Positions 19,579 through 28,139 of a stretch of DNA of 57,210 nt are shown one piece after another. The notes under the pieces were generated by a model that was given only the letters and a program-made list of their open reading frames with translations, made no database searches and was not told the origin of the DNA. The stretch's first letter is position 1; each line of letters begins with the position of its first letter. The stretch covers positions 1-57,210 of the forward strand of contig JAHWIM010000062.1 in NCBI GenBank assembly GCA_019322535.1. Direction: 5' to 3'. The DNA is from Candidatus Woesearchaeota archaeon. Its GTDB lineage: Archaea > Nanobdellota > Nanobdellia > Woesearchaeales > WJKL01. A program made the position numbers and the translations under genes.

Positions 19579-20294
19579 TGGCAGAAATTGAACATGTTAA
19601 AAAAGTGGATGATTTAATAAAACTAAAACTAGTTATGGTTAGCTGCACAAATAAAGATGGATTAGTCTCAAACAAAACAAAAGATGGTTCTGTTATTGAA
19701 GGTGTTCCTGAGAACGGACTTTTGGGATTTATTTTGGAGAAAAATCCAGATGTTAAGTTTATTTCTACAGGAGGAACTTACAAATTATTAAAATCTGCTG
19801 GACTGCCTGTTATTCAGGTTTCTGAATTAACAAAATATCCTGAAATGAAAACTGGTTTAGTTAAATCACTGCATCCTGCAATTCATGCTGGTTTGCTTGC
19901 ACATAAATACACTGAATCAGATGATGAGTTTATGAAACAGCAGGGATTAAGATATATTGATGCTTTGATTGTTAATTTTTATGCTCTTGATGAGATGATG
20001 CAAGATGAAAATGCTAGTTTTGAAATGATAAGGCAGTCAATTGATGTTGGAGGACCAAGCATGAGCCATAATGCAAGAAAAGCTTTTATAAGCACAGCAT
20101 TAATTACTGATCCATCTAATTACAAGGATTTGATTGAAGAGCTTGAGAAAAATAATGGAGCAATAAGTCTTGCAACAAGACTTGCATTGGCAAAAAAAGC
20201 TTCAAAAATGATTACAGAATATTTATTAAGTGTAGATAAAGCAATTCAAAAGACAGAAATGAAAGATCTTGAAAAAAGCTATGAGATAAAATGA
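19578..20294 (+). CDS. purH: IMP cyclohydrolase (MGS-like N-terminal domain of PurH) as a stand-alone gene
   Basis: ISTGGTYKLLKSAGLPV, PEMKTGLVKSLHPAIHAGLL, IVNFYAL, IDVGGPSM. Confidence 0.85.
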   Translation: MAEIEHVKKVDDLIKLKLVMVSCTNKDGLVSNKTKDGSVIEGVPENGLLGFILEKNPDVKFISTGGTYKLLKSAGLPVIQVSELTKYPEMKTGLVKSLHPAIHAGLLAHKYTESDDEFMKQQGLRYIDALIVNFYALDEMMQDENASFEMIRQSIDVGGPSMSHNARKAFISTALITDPSNYKDLIEELEKNNGAISLATRLALAKKASKMITEYLLSVDKAIQKTEMKDLEKSYEIK

Positions 20295-21445
20295 AGGATA
20301 TAAAAGATTTGAAAAAAATATATAGAACAGTAAATGAAGGTAATTTTCCAGAAGAACTTATTATAAAATTAAAGAAAGTTGATGATTTAAGATATGGAGA
20401 AAACCCAAATCAGCCTGGAGCTGTCTATAAAGTAGATGGTGTAAGTTTAGCTGAATTAACTAACCTAAGATTGCTGAAATCTGGAAAAGGCGGGCCATCT
20501 GCAACAAATATTCTTGATGTGACTAGAGCATTAGAGATTTTGAAATTTTTTAATTCTAAATCTTGTGCTGTTATGAAACATTTGATTCCATCTGGTTTTT
20601 CAACACAATATAAAGATGAAGGATTAGCTGAGATTTACAAAAAAGCGCGAGATTCTGATGCAAGAAGTGCTTTTGGTTCTGTTGTTGTCTTTAATAGAGA
20701 AGTTGATAAAAAAACTGCAGAAGAAATAATGACAAGTTATGTTGAAGCTGTTGCTGCTCCTGGTTTTGAAAAAGATGCAGAAGAGATATTGAGCAGTAAA
20801 AAGAACATGAGGTTGTTTCTTTTTTCAAATTTAGATAAAATCCCTAAATTTGCAGGAGATGATGTTAAAGGAATATTTGATTTAAAGGTCATGAATACAG
20901 GCAATTTAGTTGTGCAAGTGCCTTACCTAAGCAAGATAAAAAGTAAAGAAGAGCTTATATTACAGCCAATGATTAAAAATGATGGTGGGGAGATTTCTGT
21001 AAAAAGAGAGCCAACAGAACAAGAGCTTAAGGATTTGTTAACTGCTTGGTATATTAATATTGGTGTAAGAAGCAATGGTATTGTTATTGTAAAAAATGGT
21101 GTTACTTTGGCTGTTGGTTCTGGACAGCAAGAAAGAGTTGGTGCTGTTGAACAAGCAATTTTAAAAGCTTATCAAAAAGCACTTGATAGGGCTAGTGTTG
21201 ATTATGATGCTATGAATGTTGTTGTTGCAAAAGATAAATTATCTGAGAATCCACTTAAAGGAGCTGTGCTTGCTTCTGATGGATTTTTTCCATTCAGAGA
21301 TTCTGTTGATTTAGTAACAAAACACGGAATTTCTGCTGTAATTCAGCCAGGTGGTTCTGTCAGAGATTTAGAAGTAATTGAAGCAGTAAATGAACATGAT
21401 ATGGCAATGGTTTTTACAACAGAAAGATGTTTTGGTCATTTTTGA
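20291..21445 (+). CDS. purH: AICAR formyltransferase (C-terminal domain of PurH) as a stand-alone gene
   Basis: LRYGENPNQ and the IQPGGSVRDLEVIEAVNEHDMAMVFTTERCFGHF end. ATGA overlap with the IMPCH gene. Confidence 0.88.
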   Translation: MKDIKDLKKIYRTVNEGNFPEELIIKLKKVDDLRYGENPNQPGAVYKVDGVSLAELTNLRLLKSGKGGPSATNILDVTRALEILKFFNSKSCAVMKHLIPSGFSTQYKDEGLAEIYKKARDSDARSAFGSVVVFNREVDKKTAEEIMTSYVEAVAAPGFEKDAEEILSSKKNMRLFLFSNLDKIPKFAGDDVKGIFDLKVMNTGNLVVQVPYLSKIKSKEELILQPMIKNDGGEISVKREPTEQELKDLLTAWYINIGVRSNGIVIVKNGVTLAVGSGQQERVGAVEQAILKAYQKALDRASVDYDAMNVVVAKDKLSENPLKGAVLASDGFFPFRDSVDLVTKHGISAVIQPGGSVRDLEVIEAVNEHDMAMVFTTERCFGHF

Positions 21446-21452
21446 GGTTAAA

Positions 21453-22286
21453 ATGCAATTGATAGATGGCAAAAAAGTTGCTGCTGAAATAAGAGAAAAA
21501 GTTAAAGAAGAAGTTTCAAAACTAGAGAAAAAACCAGGTCTTGCAGTTATTTTAGTAGGAGAAGATCCTGCATCAAAGGTTTATGTTAATATAAAAGACA
21601 AAAAATGCAAAGAAGTTGGAATAGAATCTTATCAGCACAAACTTGACAAAGATGCTTCTGAAGAAGAGGTTCTTGCTCTTGTTGACAAGTTGAATAAAGA
21701 TGACAAAATAACAGGAATTTTAGTGCAAATGCCTCTTCCTTCTCATATCTCAAGTAAAAAAATAATGAATGCTGTATTGCCTGAGAAAGATGCTGATGGT
21801 TTTCATCCAATGAATATTGGAAAAATGATGCTAGATGAAAAAGGATTAGTGCCTTGCACACCAAGAGGAGTAATGAAGCTTTTTGATTATTATAATATTA
21901 ATTTAGAAGGAAAAGAAGCAGTTGTTATTGGAAACAGTGTAGTTGTTGGAAATCCAATTGCTCAATTAATGTTAAAAAAAGGAGCAACAGTAACTGTATG
22001 CCATATTAAAACAAAAGATTTGAAAATGCATACAATAAAAGCTGATATAATTGTTTCTGCTGTTGGAAAAAGAAACTTAGTAACAGCTGATATGGTTAAA
22101 GAAGGAGCTGTAATTATTGATGTTGGAATTGTAAGAGACCAGGGAAAATTATATGGTGATGTTGATTTTGAAAATGTTAAAGACAAATGTTCATATATAA
22201 CACCTGTGCCAGGTGGTGTAGGTCCAATGACTGTTGCTTGTTTATTGGAAAATACAATGATTGCGTATAATATGCAGAAAAGATGA
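21453..22286 (+). CDS. folD: Methylene-THF dehydrogenase / methenyl-THF cyclohydrolase
   Basis: MQLIDGKKVAAEIREKV, ILVQMPLP, DADGFHP, TPVPGGVGPMT. Start moved to 21453, because the track ORF start lies inside purH. Confidence 0.92.
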   Translation: MQLIDGKKVAAEIREKVKEEVSKLEKKPGLAVILVGEDPASKVYVNIKDKKCKEVGIESYQHKLDKDASEEEVLALVDKLNKDDKITGILVQMPLPSHISSKKIMNAVLPEKDADGFHPMNIGKMMLDEKGLVPCTPRGVMKLFDYYNINLEGKEAVVIGNSVVVGNPIAQLMLKKGATVTVCHIKTKDLKMHTIKADIIVSAVGKRNLVTADMVKEGAVIIDVGIVRDQGKLYGDVDFENVKDKCSYITPVPGGVGPMTVACLLENTMIAYNMQKR

Positions 22287-22290
22287 TATC

Positions 22291-22905
22291 ATGACACTAA
22301 AAATTGCTGTGATGGCTTCTACAAAAGGAACTGATCTTCAGGCTATAATTGAGGCTATTAAGAAAAAAGAGCTTGATGCTGAAATAAGGATAGTTATTGC
22401 AAATAAAGAATGTCCTGCAATTGAAAGAGCAAGAAATAATGGTTTTAAGACAAAAGTAGTTCCTTATGATAAAGATAAGGATACAAGAGAAAATTATGAT
22501 AAAAAAATTGCTGAAATGCTTGATGAAGAAAAGATAGAGCTAATAGTGCTTGTTGGATATATGAGATTGTTCAGCAAATGGTTTGTGCAAAAATACAAAA
22601 ATAAAATAATCAATATTCATCCATCATTATTGCCAAGTTTTCCTGGTATGGGCATATCAGTCCATCAAAATATTTTAGATTATGGCTGCAAAGTAAGTGG
22701 ATGCACTATACATTTTGTTGATGAAGGAATGGACACAGGGCCAATTATTATGCAAGGAACAGTAGAAATTGAAGATAATGAAACTGCAGATTCATTAAAA
22801 GAAAAAGTTCAAGCACTTGAAAAAAGACTTTATCCAAAAGTAATACATTTATTTGGACAAGGTAAAATAAAAGTTCAGAATAGAAAAGTTTTTATTGATA
22901 AATAA
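22291..22905 (+). CDS. purN: Folate-dependent GAR transformylase (PurN)
   Basis: IAVMASTKGTDLQAII, NIHPSLLP, TIHFVDEGMDTGPII. Start at the ATG at 22291, just after the folD stop. Confidence 0.9.
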   Translation: MTLKIAVMASTKGTDLQAIIEAIKKKELDAEIRIVIANKECPAIERARNNGFKTKVVPYDKDKDTRENYDKKIAEMLDEEKIELIVLVGYMRLFSKWFVQKYKNKIINIHPSLLPSFPGMGISVHQNILDYGCKVSGCTIHFVDEGMDTGPIIMQGTVEIEDNETADSLKEKVQALEKRLYPKVIHLFGQGKIKVQNRKVFIDK

Positions 22906-22935
22906 AAGGGATTTTAATATAGGGGGAGGATATTT

Positions 22936-24447
22936 TTGGAACAAGAGAAAGAATATAAAGAGATTATTAAACAAAATCTTGGCAATACACTTACTTCAGG
23001 ATTTATTCCTGAACTTGGTATGCATAAACCAGGAAAAGTAAGAGATGTTCATTTTACATCAAGTGAGCTTGGCAAGCCTATAGTAATGGTTGCAAGCGAC
23101 AGAATTTCTTGCTTTGATAATATTCTTAGCAGACAGATTCCTTTTAAAGGAAGAGTATTGAATTTATTTACTAAATGGGCTTTTGAAAATACAGAAGATA
23201 TTGTAAAAAATGCTATGGTTAAAAGCCCTTATGAAAATGTTGTTGTGCAAAAAAGGATGAATAAGATTCCTTTTGAGTTTGTTGTAAGAGGATTTGTTTG
23301 GGGAAGCATGGCAGCAGATTATGAAGATGGAAAAAGAGAATTCTGCGGTATAAAGATGCCTGATACATTGCTTAGATATCAAAGATTATCAGAACCATTG
23401 TTTACACCTGCTACAAAAGCAGAAGATGGAGACCATGATATAAACGTTAGTTTTGAGTATATGGCAGAAAAATTAGGAAAAACACTAGCTACTCAATTAA
23501 GAAATGCTGCAGTTGGATTGTTTAAGAGAGGAGCTGAACTTGCTAGTAAGAATGGATTTATATTCATAGATACAAAATATGAATTTGGTCTTGATGAAAA
23601 TAGAAATATTCATTTGATTGATGAAGCAAATACTCCTGATTCATCAAGATACTGCACTCTAAAAGAGTATGAGAAGTTTAAACTTATAGAGAAAGAAATG
23701 GCAACAGGCAAATATAAAACTGTTTCTGAGTTATTAGAAGCAAAGCCAGAGCTAAAGATAAGTGAATTGTCTAAGCAGTTTGCAAGAGATGTTCTTGTTG
23801 CAAAAGGATTTAGTTATGGCAGCAGTGGAAAAGTACCTGATCTTTCTGATGAAGATGTTGCAGAGGTTGCTTATAGATATATTAGTTTATATGAGAGACT
23901 TACTGGAAGAAAGTTTAAGTTTCCTGCAGGAAATGTCAAAGAAGATATGCTTTATAATTTGAAAAAAGAAGGCTACATTAAAGGAGGAGTTGTAGTTATT
24001 ATTGCTGGTTCTGACAGTGATATGCCTCACATTGAAAAGATTCAAGGAGAATTGAAAAAATATAGTATACCTTCTGAAGTAAAGATTTGTTCTGCACACA
24101 AGCAGCCTGCAAAATGTGAAGAAGTTGTTAATAAATACAATGATTCAGTTGAGCCTGTTGTATTTATAACAATTGCTGGCGGAACAGATGCATTATCTGG
24201 TGTTGTGTCTTATCACAGCGTGCATCCTGTAGTGAGCTGTCCTCCTGACAAAAATGAATTTATTTCATGTGTAACAAATCCACCTGGAAGTTCTAACTCT
24301 TTGATTTTAAGGCCTGCAAATGTTGCAAGGCATGTTGCAAAGATATTAGGGCATAGTAATGGGGGATTGAAGGAAGTGATTCTTAAGAAAAATGCTGAGA
24401 AGATTAAGAAATTAGAAGATGCTAATAATAAATTAAGAGGTTGTTAA
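22936..24447 (+). CDS. purC/purE: Fused SAICAR synthetase / class II AIR carboxylase (PurC-PurE, PAICS-like)
   Basis: 503 aa with a TTG start after a GGGGGAGGA SD. The N-terminal part is PurC-like (GKVRDV, SDRISCFD, IDTKYEFG). The C-terminal part is PurE-like with SAHK (class II) and HPVVSCPP. Confidence 0.88.
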   Translation: MEQEKEYKEIIKQNLGNTLTSGFIPELGMHKPGKVRDVHFTSSELGKPIVMVASDRISCFDNILSRQIPFKGRVLNLFTKWAFENTEDIVKNAMVKSPYENVVVQKRMNKIPFEFVVRGFVWGSMAADYEDGKREFCGIKMPDTLLRYQRLSEPLFTPATKAEDGDHDINVSFEYMAEKLGKTLATQLRNAAVGLFKRGAELASKNGFIFIDTKYEFGLDENRNIHLIDEANTPDSSRYCTLKEYEKFKLIEKEMATGKYKTVSELLEAKPELKISELSKQFARDVLVAKGFSYGSSGKVPDLSDEDVAEVAYRYISLYERLTGRKFKFPAGNVKEDMLYNLKKEGYIKGGVVVIIAGSDSDMPHIEKIQGELKKYSIPSEVKICSAHKQPAKCEEVVNKYNDSVEPVVFITIAGGTDALSGVVSYHSVHPVVSCPPDKNEFISCVTNPPGSSNSLILRPANVARHVAKILGHSNGGLKEVILKKNAEKIKKLEDANNKLRGC

Positions 24448-25581
24448 ATGGATTATGCAAAAGCTGGTGTTAACCTAAAACTTGGAGATGATGCTTCAAA
24501 GATTTTGTATGAAGCAGCTAAAAAAACATTTGAGAATCGCAAAGATAATATTGGAGAGATTATTGTTCCATTTGATGATTTTTCTGGAGTAAGAGTTATT
24601 GATATTAGTGAACTTCCAAAAGGAAGTTTTATGTGCACTGGGTTTGATGGTATTGGAACAAAGGTTGAGATTGCTCAAAGGATGGGAAATCATTCTTCAA
24701 TTGCTTTTGATCTTTTTGCAATGGTGTGTGATGATGCTGTTGTACGAGGAGCTGAACCTGTATTAATAGGAAGTGTTCTAGATGTAAATTCATTAGGTGC
24801 TGAGGGACATTCTAATATTTTTATGCTTAAACAGTTGGCAGGAGGATATATTTCTGCTGCAAAAGCTGCAAATGTTGCTGTTGTTAACGGAGAAATTGCT
24901 GAATTAGGAAATGCTATTGGTGGTTTTGGCAAATTCAAATATAATTGGTGTGCTAGTGTTGTTTGGTTTGCAAACAAAGAAGGGCTTTTTACTGGAAAAG
25001 AGATTAAATTAGGAGATTCTGTTGTTGTTTTGCAAGAAAAAGGATTTAGGGCAAATGGTTTGTCATTAGTTAGAAAGATTCTTTCTATGAAACATGGAGA
25101 AGACTGGCATAATTTTAAATTTGAAGGAGAAAAGATGGGGGATTTGGTTTTAGAGCCGTCAACAATTTATTCTAAAGCAGTTGTTCATATGCATGGTGGT
25201 TTTAAGACAAAAGGAGTATGTAATATACATGGTGTTGCTCATATTACTGGTGGAGGAATTCCTGGAAAGCTTGGAAGAGTGTTGAAAGCAAGTGGTTATG
25301 GTGCTGAGCTAAATGATTTATTTTCACCTTGCAAAGCTATGCAGTACTGTCAGAAAATAGGAGATGTTAAAGATAAAGAAGCTTATAAAACATGGAACAT
25401 GGGGCAAGGGCTTGTTATAATAACACCAGAGCCTGAGAAAGTTGTTTCAGAAGCTTCTAAATTTGGAATTAACGCTAAAATTGCTGGTAAGATTATAGAA
25501 GAAAGAAAGATAAAATTAAAAAGCAAAGGTGTTTTTCATAATGGAGAACAGCTAGTGTTTGATATTAAGGGGGATGGTTAA
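24448..25581 (+). CDS. purM: AIR synthetase
   Basis: [20 protein letters not shown] and [11 protein letters not shown] motifs. Confidence 0.9.
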   Translation: MDYAKAGVNLKLGDDASKILYEAAKKTFENRKDNIGEIIVPFDDFSGVRVIDISELPKGSFMCTGFDGIGTKVEIAQRMGNHSSIAFDLFAMVCDDAVVRGAEPVLIGSVLDVNSLGAEGHSNIFMLKQLAGGYISAAKAANVAVVNGEIAELGNAIGGFGKFKYNWCASVVWFANKEGLFTGKEIKLGDSVVVLQEKGFRANGLSLVRKILSMKHGEDWHNFKFEGEKMGDLVLEPSTIYSKAVVHMHGGFKTKGVCNIHGVAHITGGGIPGKLGRVLKASGYGAELNDLFSPCKAMQYCQKIGDVKDKEAYKTWNMGQGLVIITPEPEKVVSEASKFGINAKIAGKIIEERKIKLKSKGVFHNGEQLVFDIKGDG

Positions 25582-26837
25582 TGAATCTAAAAAACATAAA
25601 AGATGAAGAAGTATTAAGAATAATAAAAAAAGAGCTTGACAGGCAAAGAAATGAATTTAATATGATTCCTTCTGAGAATTATTGCAGCGAAGCTGTTCTT
25701 GAGGCTTCTGGCTCTGTGATGATGAATAAATATGCAGAAGGTTATCCTAAAAAAAGATATTATCAAGGAAATCAATTTATTGATGATATAGAAATACTTG
25801 CAATTGAAAGAGCAAAAAAATTATTTAATGCTGAACATGCTAATGTACAGCCAAATTCTGGAAGCCCTGCAAACATGGCTGTTTATTTTGCTTTGCTTGA
25901 ATTAAAAGATAAGATTCTTGGCATGAATCTTAGCCATGGAGGTCATTTAACTCATGGAAGTCCTGTTAATTTTTCTGGAAAATATTATAATTTTATAGAA
26001 TATGGAGTTGAAAAAGATACAGAAAGGCTTGATATGGACAAGATAAGAAAATTAGCTGAACAAGAAAAGCCAAAGATAATATTAAGCGGTTATACTGCTT
26101 ATCCAAGATTGATTGATTTCAAGGAGTTTCATTCTATAGCACAGGATGTTGGAGCAATTTCAATGGTTGATATGGCACACATAGCTGGTCTTATTGCTGG
26201 TGGTGCACATCCTTCACCATTTCCTTTTACAGATGTTGTAACTACAACAACACACAAGACATTAAGAGGTCCAAGAAGTGCAATGATTTTATGCAAAGAG
26301 AAATATGCAAAAGCAATTGACAAAGCTGTTTTTCCTGGTCTGCAAGGAGGACCTCATGAACATACAATAGCTGGAAAAGCTGTTTGTTTTGCAGAAGCAA
26401 TGAAGCCTGAATTTAAAGAATATTCTCATCAAATTGTAAAAAATGCAAAAGCTCTTGCTGAAGTTTTGATGGAAAATGGAATTAAATTAGTTTCAAACGG
26501 AACAGATAATCATCTGATATTGATTGATTTAATTAAAACAAAATCTGTTGGAAAACCAGGCATTGGAAAAGATGGAGCAGTTGCTTTAGAAGAAGCAGGA
26601 ATTATAACAAACTGCAACACAATACCTTTTGATCCTTCTACCCCATTCAGGCCTTCTGGAATAAGGCTTGGAACACCTATTCTCACAACAAGAGGCATGA
26701 AAGAAGGAGAGATGAAAGAAGTAGGAGAAATAATGGCAAAAGTGCTTAATAATTTAGGAGATGCTTCAATCAGACCTAAACTAAAACAAAGAGTTACTGA
26801 GCTTTGCAATAAATTCCCAGTTTATGAAGAAGAATAA
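25581..26837 (+). CDS. glyA: Serine hydroxymethyltransferase
   Basis: [35 protein letters not shown] (PLP lysine). Confidence 0.95.
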   Translation: MNLKNIKDEEVLRIIKKELDRQRNEFNMIPSENYCSEAVLEASGSVMMNKYAEGYPKKRYYQGNQFIDDIEILAIERAKKLFNAEHANVQPNSGSPANMAVYFALLELKDKILGMNLSHGGHLTHGSPVNFSGKYYNFIEYGVEKDTERLDMDKIRKLAEQEKPKIILSGYTAYPRLIDFKEFHSIAQDVGAISMVDMAHIAGLIAGGAHPSPFPFTDVVTTTTHKTLRGPRSAMILCKEKYAKAIDKAVFPGLQGGPHEHTIAGKAVCFAEAMKPEFKEYSHQIVKNAKALAEVLMENGIKLVSNGTDNHLILIDLIKTKSVGKPGIGKDGAVALEEAGIITNCNTIPFDPSTPFRPSGIRLGTPILTTRGMKEGEMKEVGEIMAKVLNNLGDASIRPKLKQRVTELCNKFPVYEEE

Positions 26838-27327
26838 AAAAAGAGGTAAACCTGTATTTAAGGATTTTTTAAGAGCTGAAAGTATAGACGAATTAGTCAG
26901 TTCTGAAGAAAGAGATTTATTTAGAACGCAAAGATTTCTTGGCAGACAAATGATTATGCATGAGATAGAACAGCTGCAAAAACAACAAAAAAAACCTGTT
27001 AAGAGAGGTAAACCTAACTATTCTTTACAAGGGCGAAAAGGAATTAACTATAAACCACTTAAATATAAGCCTATTATTTATATTCCTTTGAAAGCAAGAA
27101 ATATGTTTCGCACTAGTTATAGAAGAAGATTCAAAAAAGGTAAAATACGCAGAGGTGTGTACAGGGTTGCTGGGCTTGGACGTCGTAAGATGAGGAGAGA
27201 AAGAATCAACAGAGGTAGTAAGAAAGGATATCTTGAAGGCATTGTACAAAGAGATTCAAAAATTTTACCTATGCCTTACCAACCAGGAAGAGGATATGCA
27301 GGATACACAAATACAAAAGCTGCCTAA
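26824..27327 (+). CDS. Highly basic (K/R-rich) hypothetical protein
   Basis: 167-aa ORF overlapping the glyA end by 14 nt. It has R/K runs ([28 protein letters not shown]) and no hydrophobic segment. Confidence 0.45.
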   Translation: MKKNKKRGKPVFKDFLRAESIDELVSSEERDLFRTQRFLGRQMIMHEIEQLQKQQKKPVKRGKPNYSLQGRKGINYKPLKYKPIIYIPLKARNMFRTSYRRRFKKGKIRRGVYRVAGLGRRKMRRERINRGSKKGYLEGIVQRDSKILPMPYQPGRGYAGYTNTKAA

Positions 27328-28133
27328 GATTTTTCTAGATTTTTTATTACAAGAAGCAATGTTATTCTTCCCCAATTTATTAAGAGAATGAAGACTGCAA
27401 TTAAGAAAAGCAATAAGAGAAAGTTTGCTTCTAGTTGAGTTGAGATTGTATACAAAGCTAGAACAGGTAATCCTGTTGTGAGTATTAAAGCTGAGATTAA
27501 GATTTTTGCTTTTTTAATGCCTGTAAATAATGATTGTTTTATGATTTTTGGTATTTGTTTTAGTTCTTTTATTTTATGTATATAAGCAAATGAAATATAC
27601 ATGAAATACAAGAAGATTAAAGATATTATGAGATATACTGGAATTGCTATTTGTATTTGGTCAATGCTGAAGATGTATTTTGATGCAAAATTAATGATTG
27701 CAATTAATGGAATAATGAATATAAGGAATAAAATTCCAAACTTTAACTGATATTTTAAGAAAAGTGATTTTTGATTTAGAATAAAATTTGAGAGATTCCA
27801 GTTTATTCCATTTATTACAATGTATAGGGCAAACATTGTGACAACAAACAAGGTTACGTTTTTAAGTATTGATTTATAATGTGAATATTTTTCCATCATT
27901 GGGCCTAAAGAAGCTAATATCTCTTCATCTGACTCTGCTTCTGCTGAAATGTTTTCCATTGGTGCTAAGAATGCATTAATATCTTCTCCCATTGATATAG
28001 CAAAGTCCATAAATACAGCTGAAGATATGACTATTAAAATTGATTGCATTACAAATAAGACTAAGAAAATAAATTTATGTTTTTTTATTAATTTAATTGA
28101 CTGTTTTAAAGAAGTTTTTAGAGTGTTTAGCAT
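27324..28133 (-). CDS. Polytopic membrane protein E2 (paralog of 35279..36043), last gene of the surface operon
   Basis: 269 aa with a basic N-terminus, TM1, a ~45-aa acidic loop and several further hydrophobic helices. Its layout and several local motifs match E1. Confidence 0.75.
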   Translation of the reverse strand: MLNTLKTSLKQSIKLIKKHKFIFLVLFVMQSILIVISSAVFMDFAISMGEDINAFLAPMENISAEAESDEEILASLGPMMEKYSHYKSILKNVTLFVVTMFALYIVINGINWNLSNFILNQKSLFLKYQLKFGILFLIFIIPLIAIINFASKYIFSIDQIQIAIPVYLIISLIFLYFMYISFAYIHKIKELKQIPKIIKQSLFTGIKKAKILISALILTTGLPVLALYTISTQLEANFLLLLFLIAVFILLINWGRITLLLVIKNLEKS

Positions 28134-28139
28134 TTTATT

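Noticed and set aside
26824-26900. The [10 protein letters not shown]-terminus of the 167-aa ORF as a third class III signal peptide.
   Set aside because: No hydrophobic helix follows the basic/Gly motif, and the protein is hydrophilic throughout.
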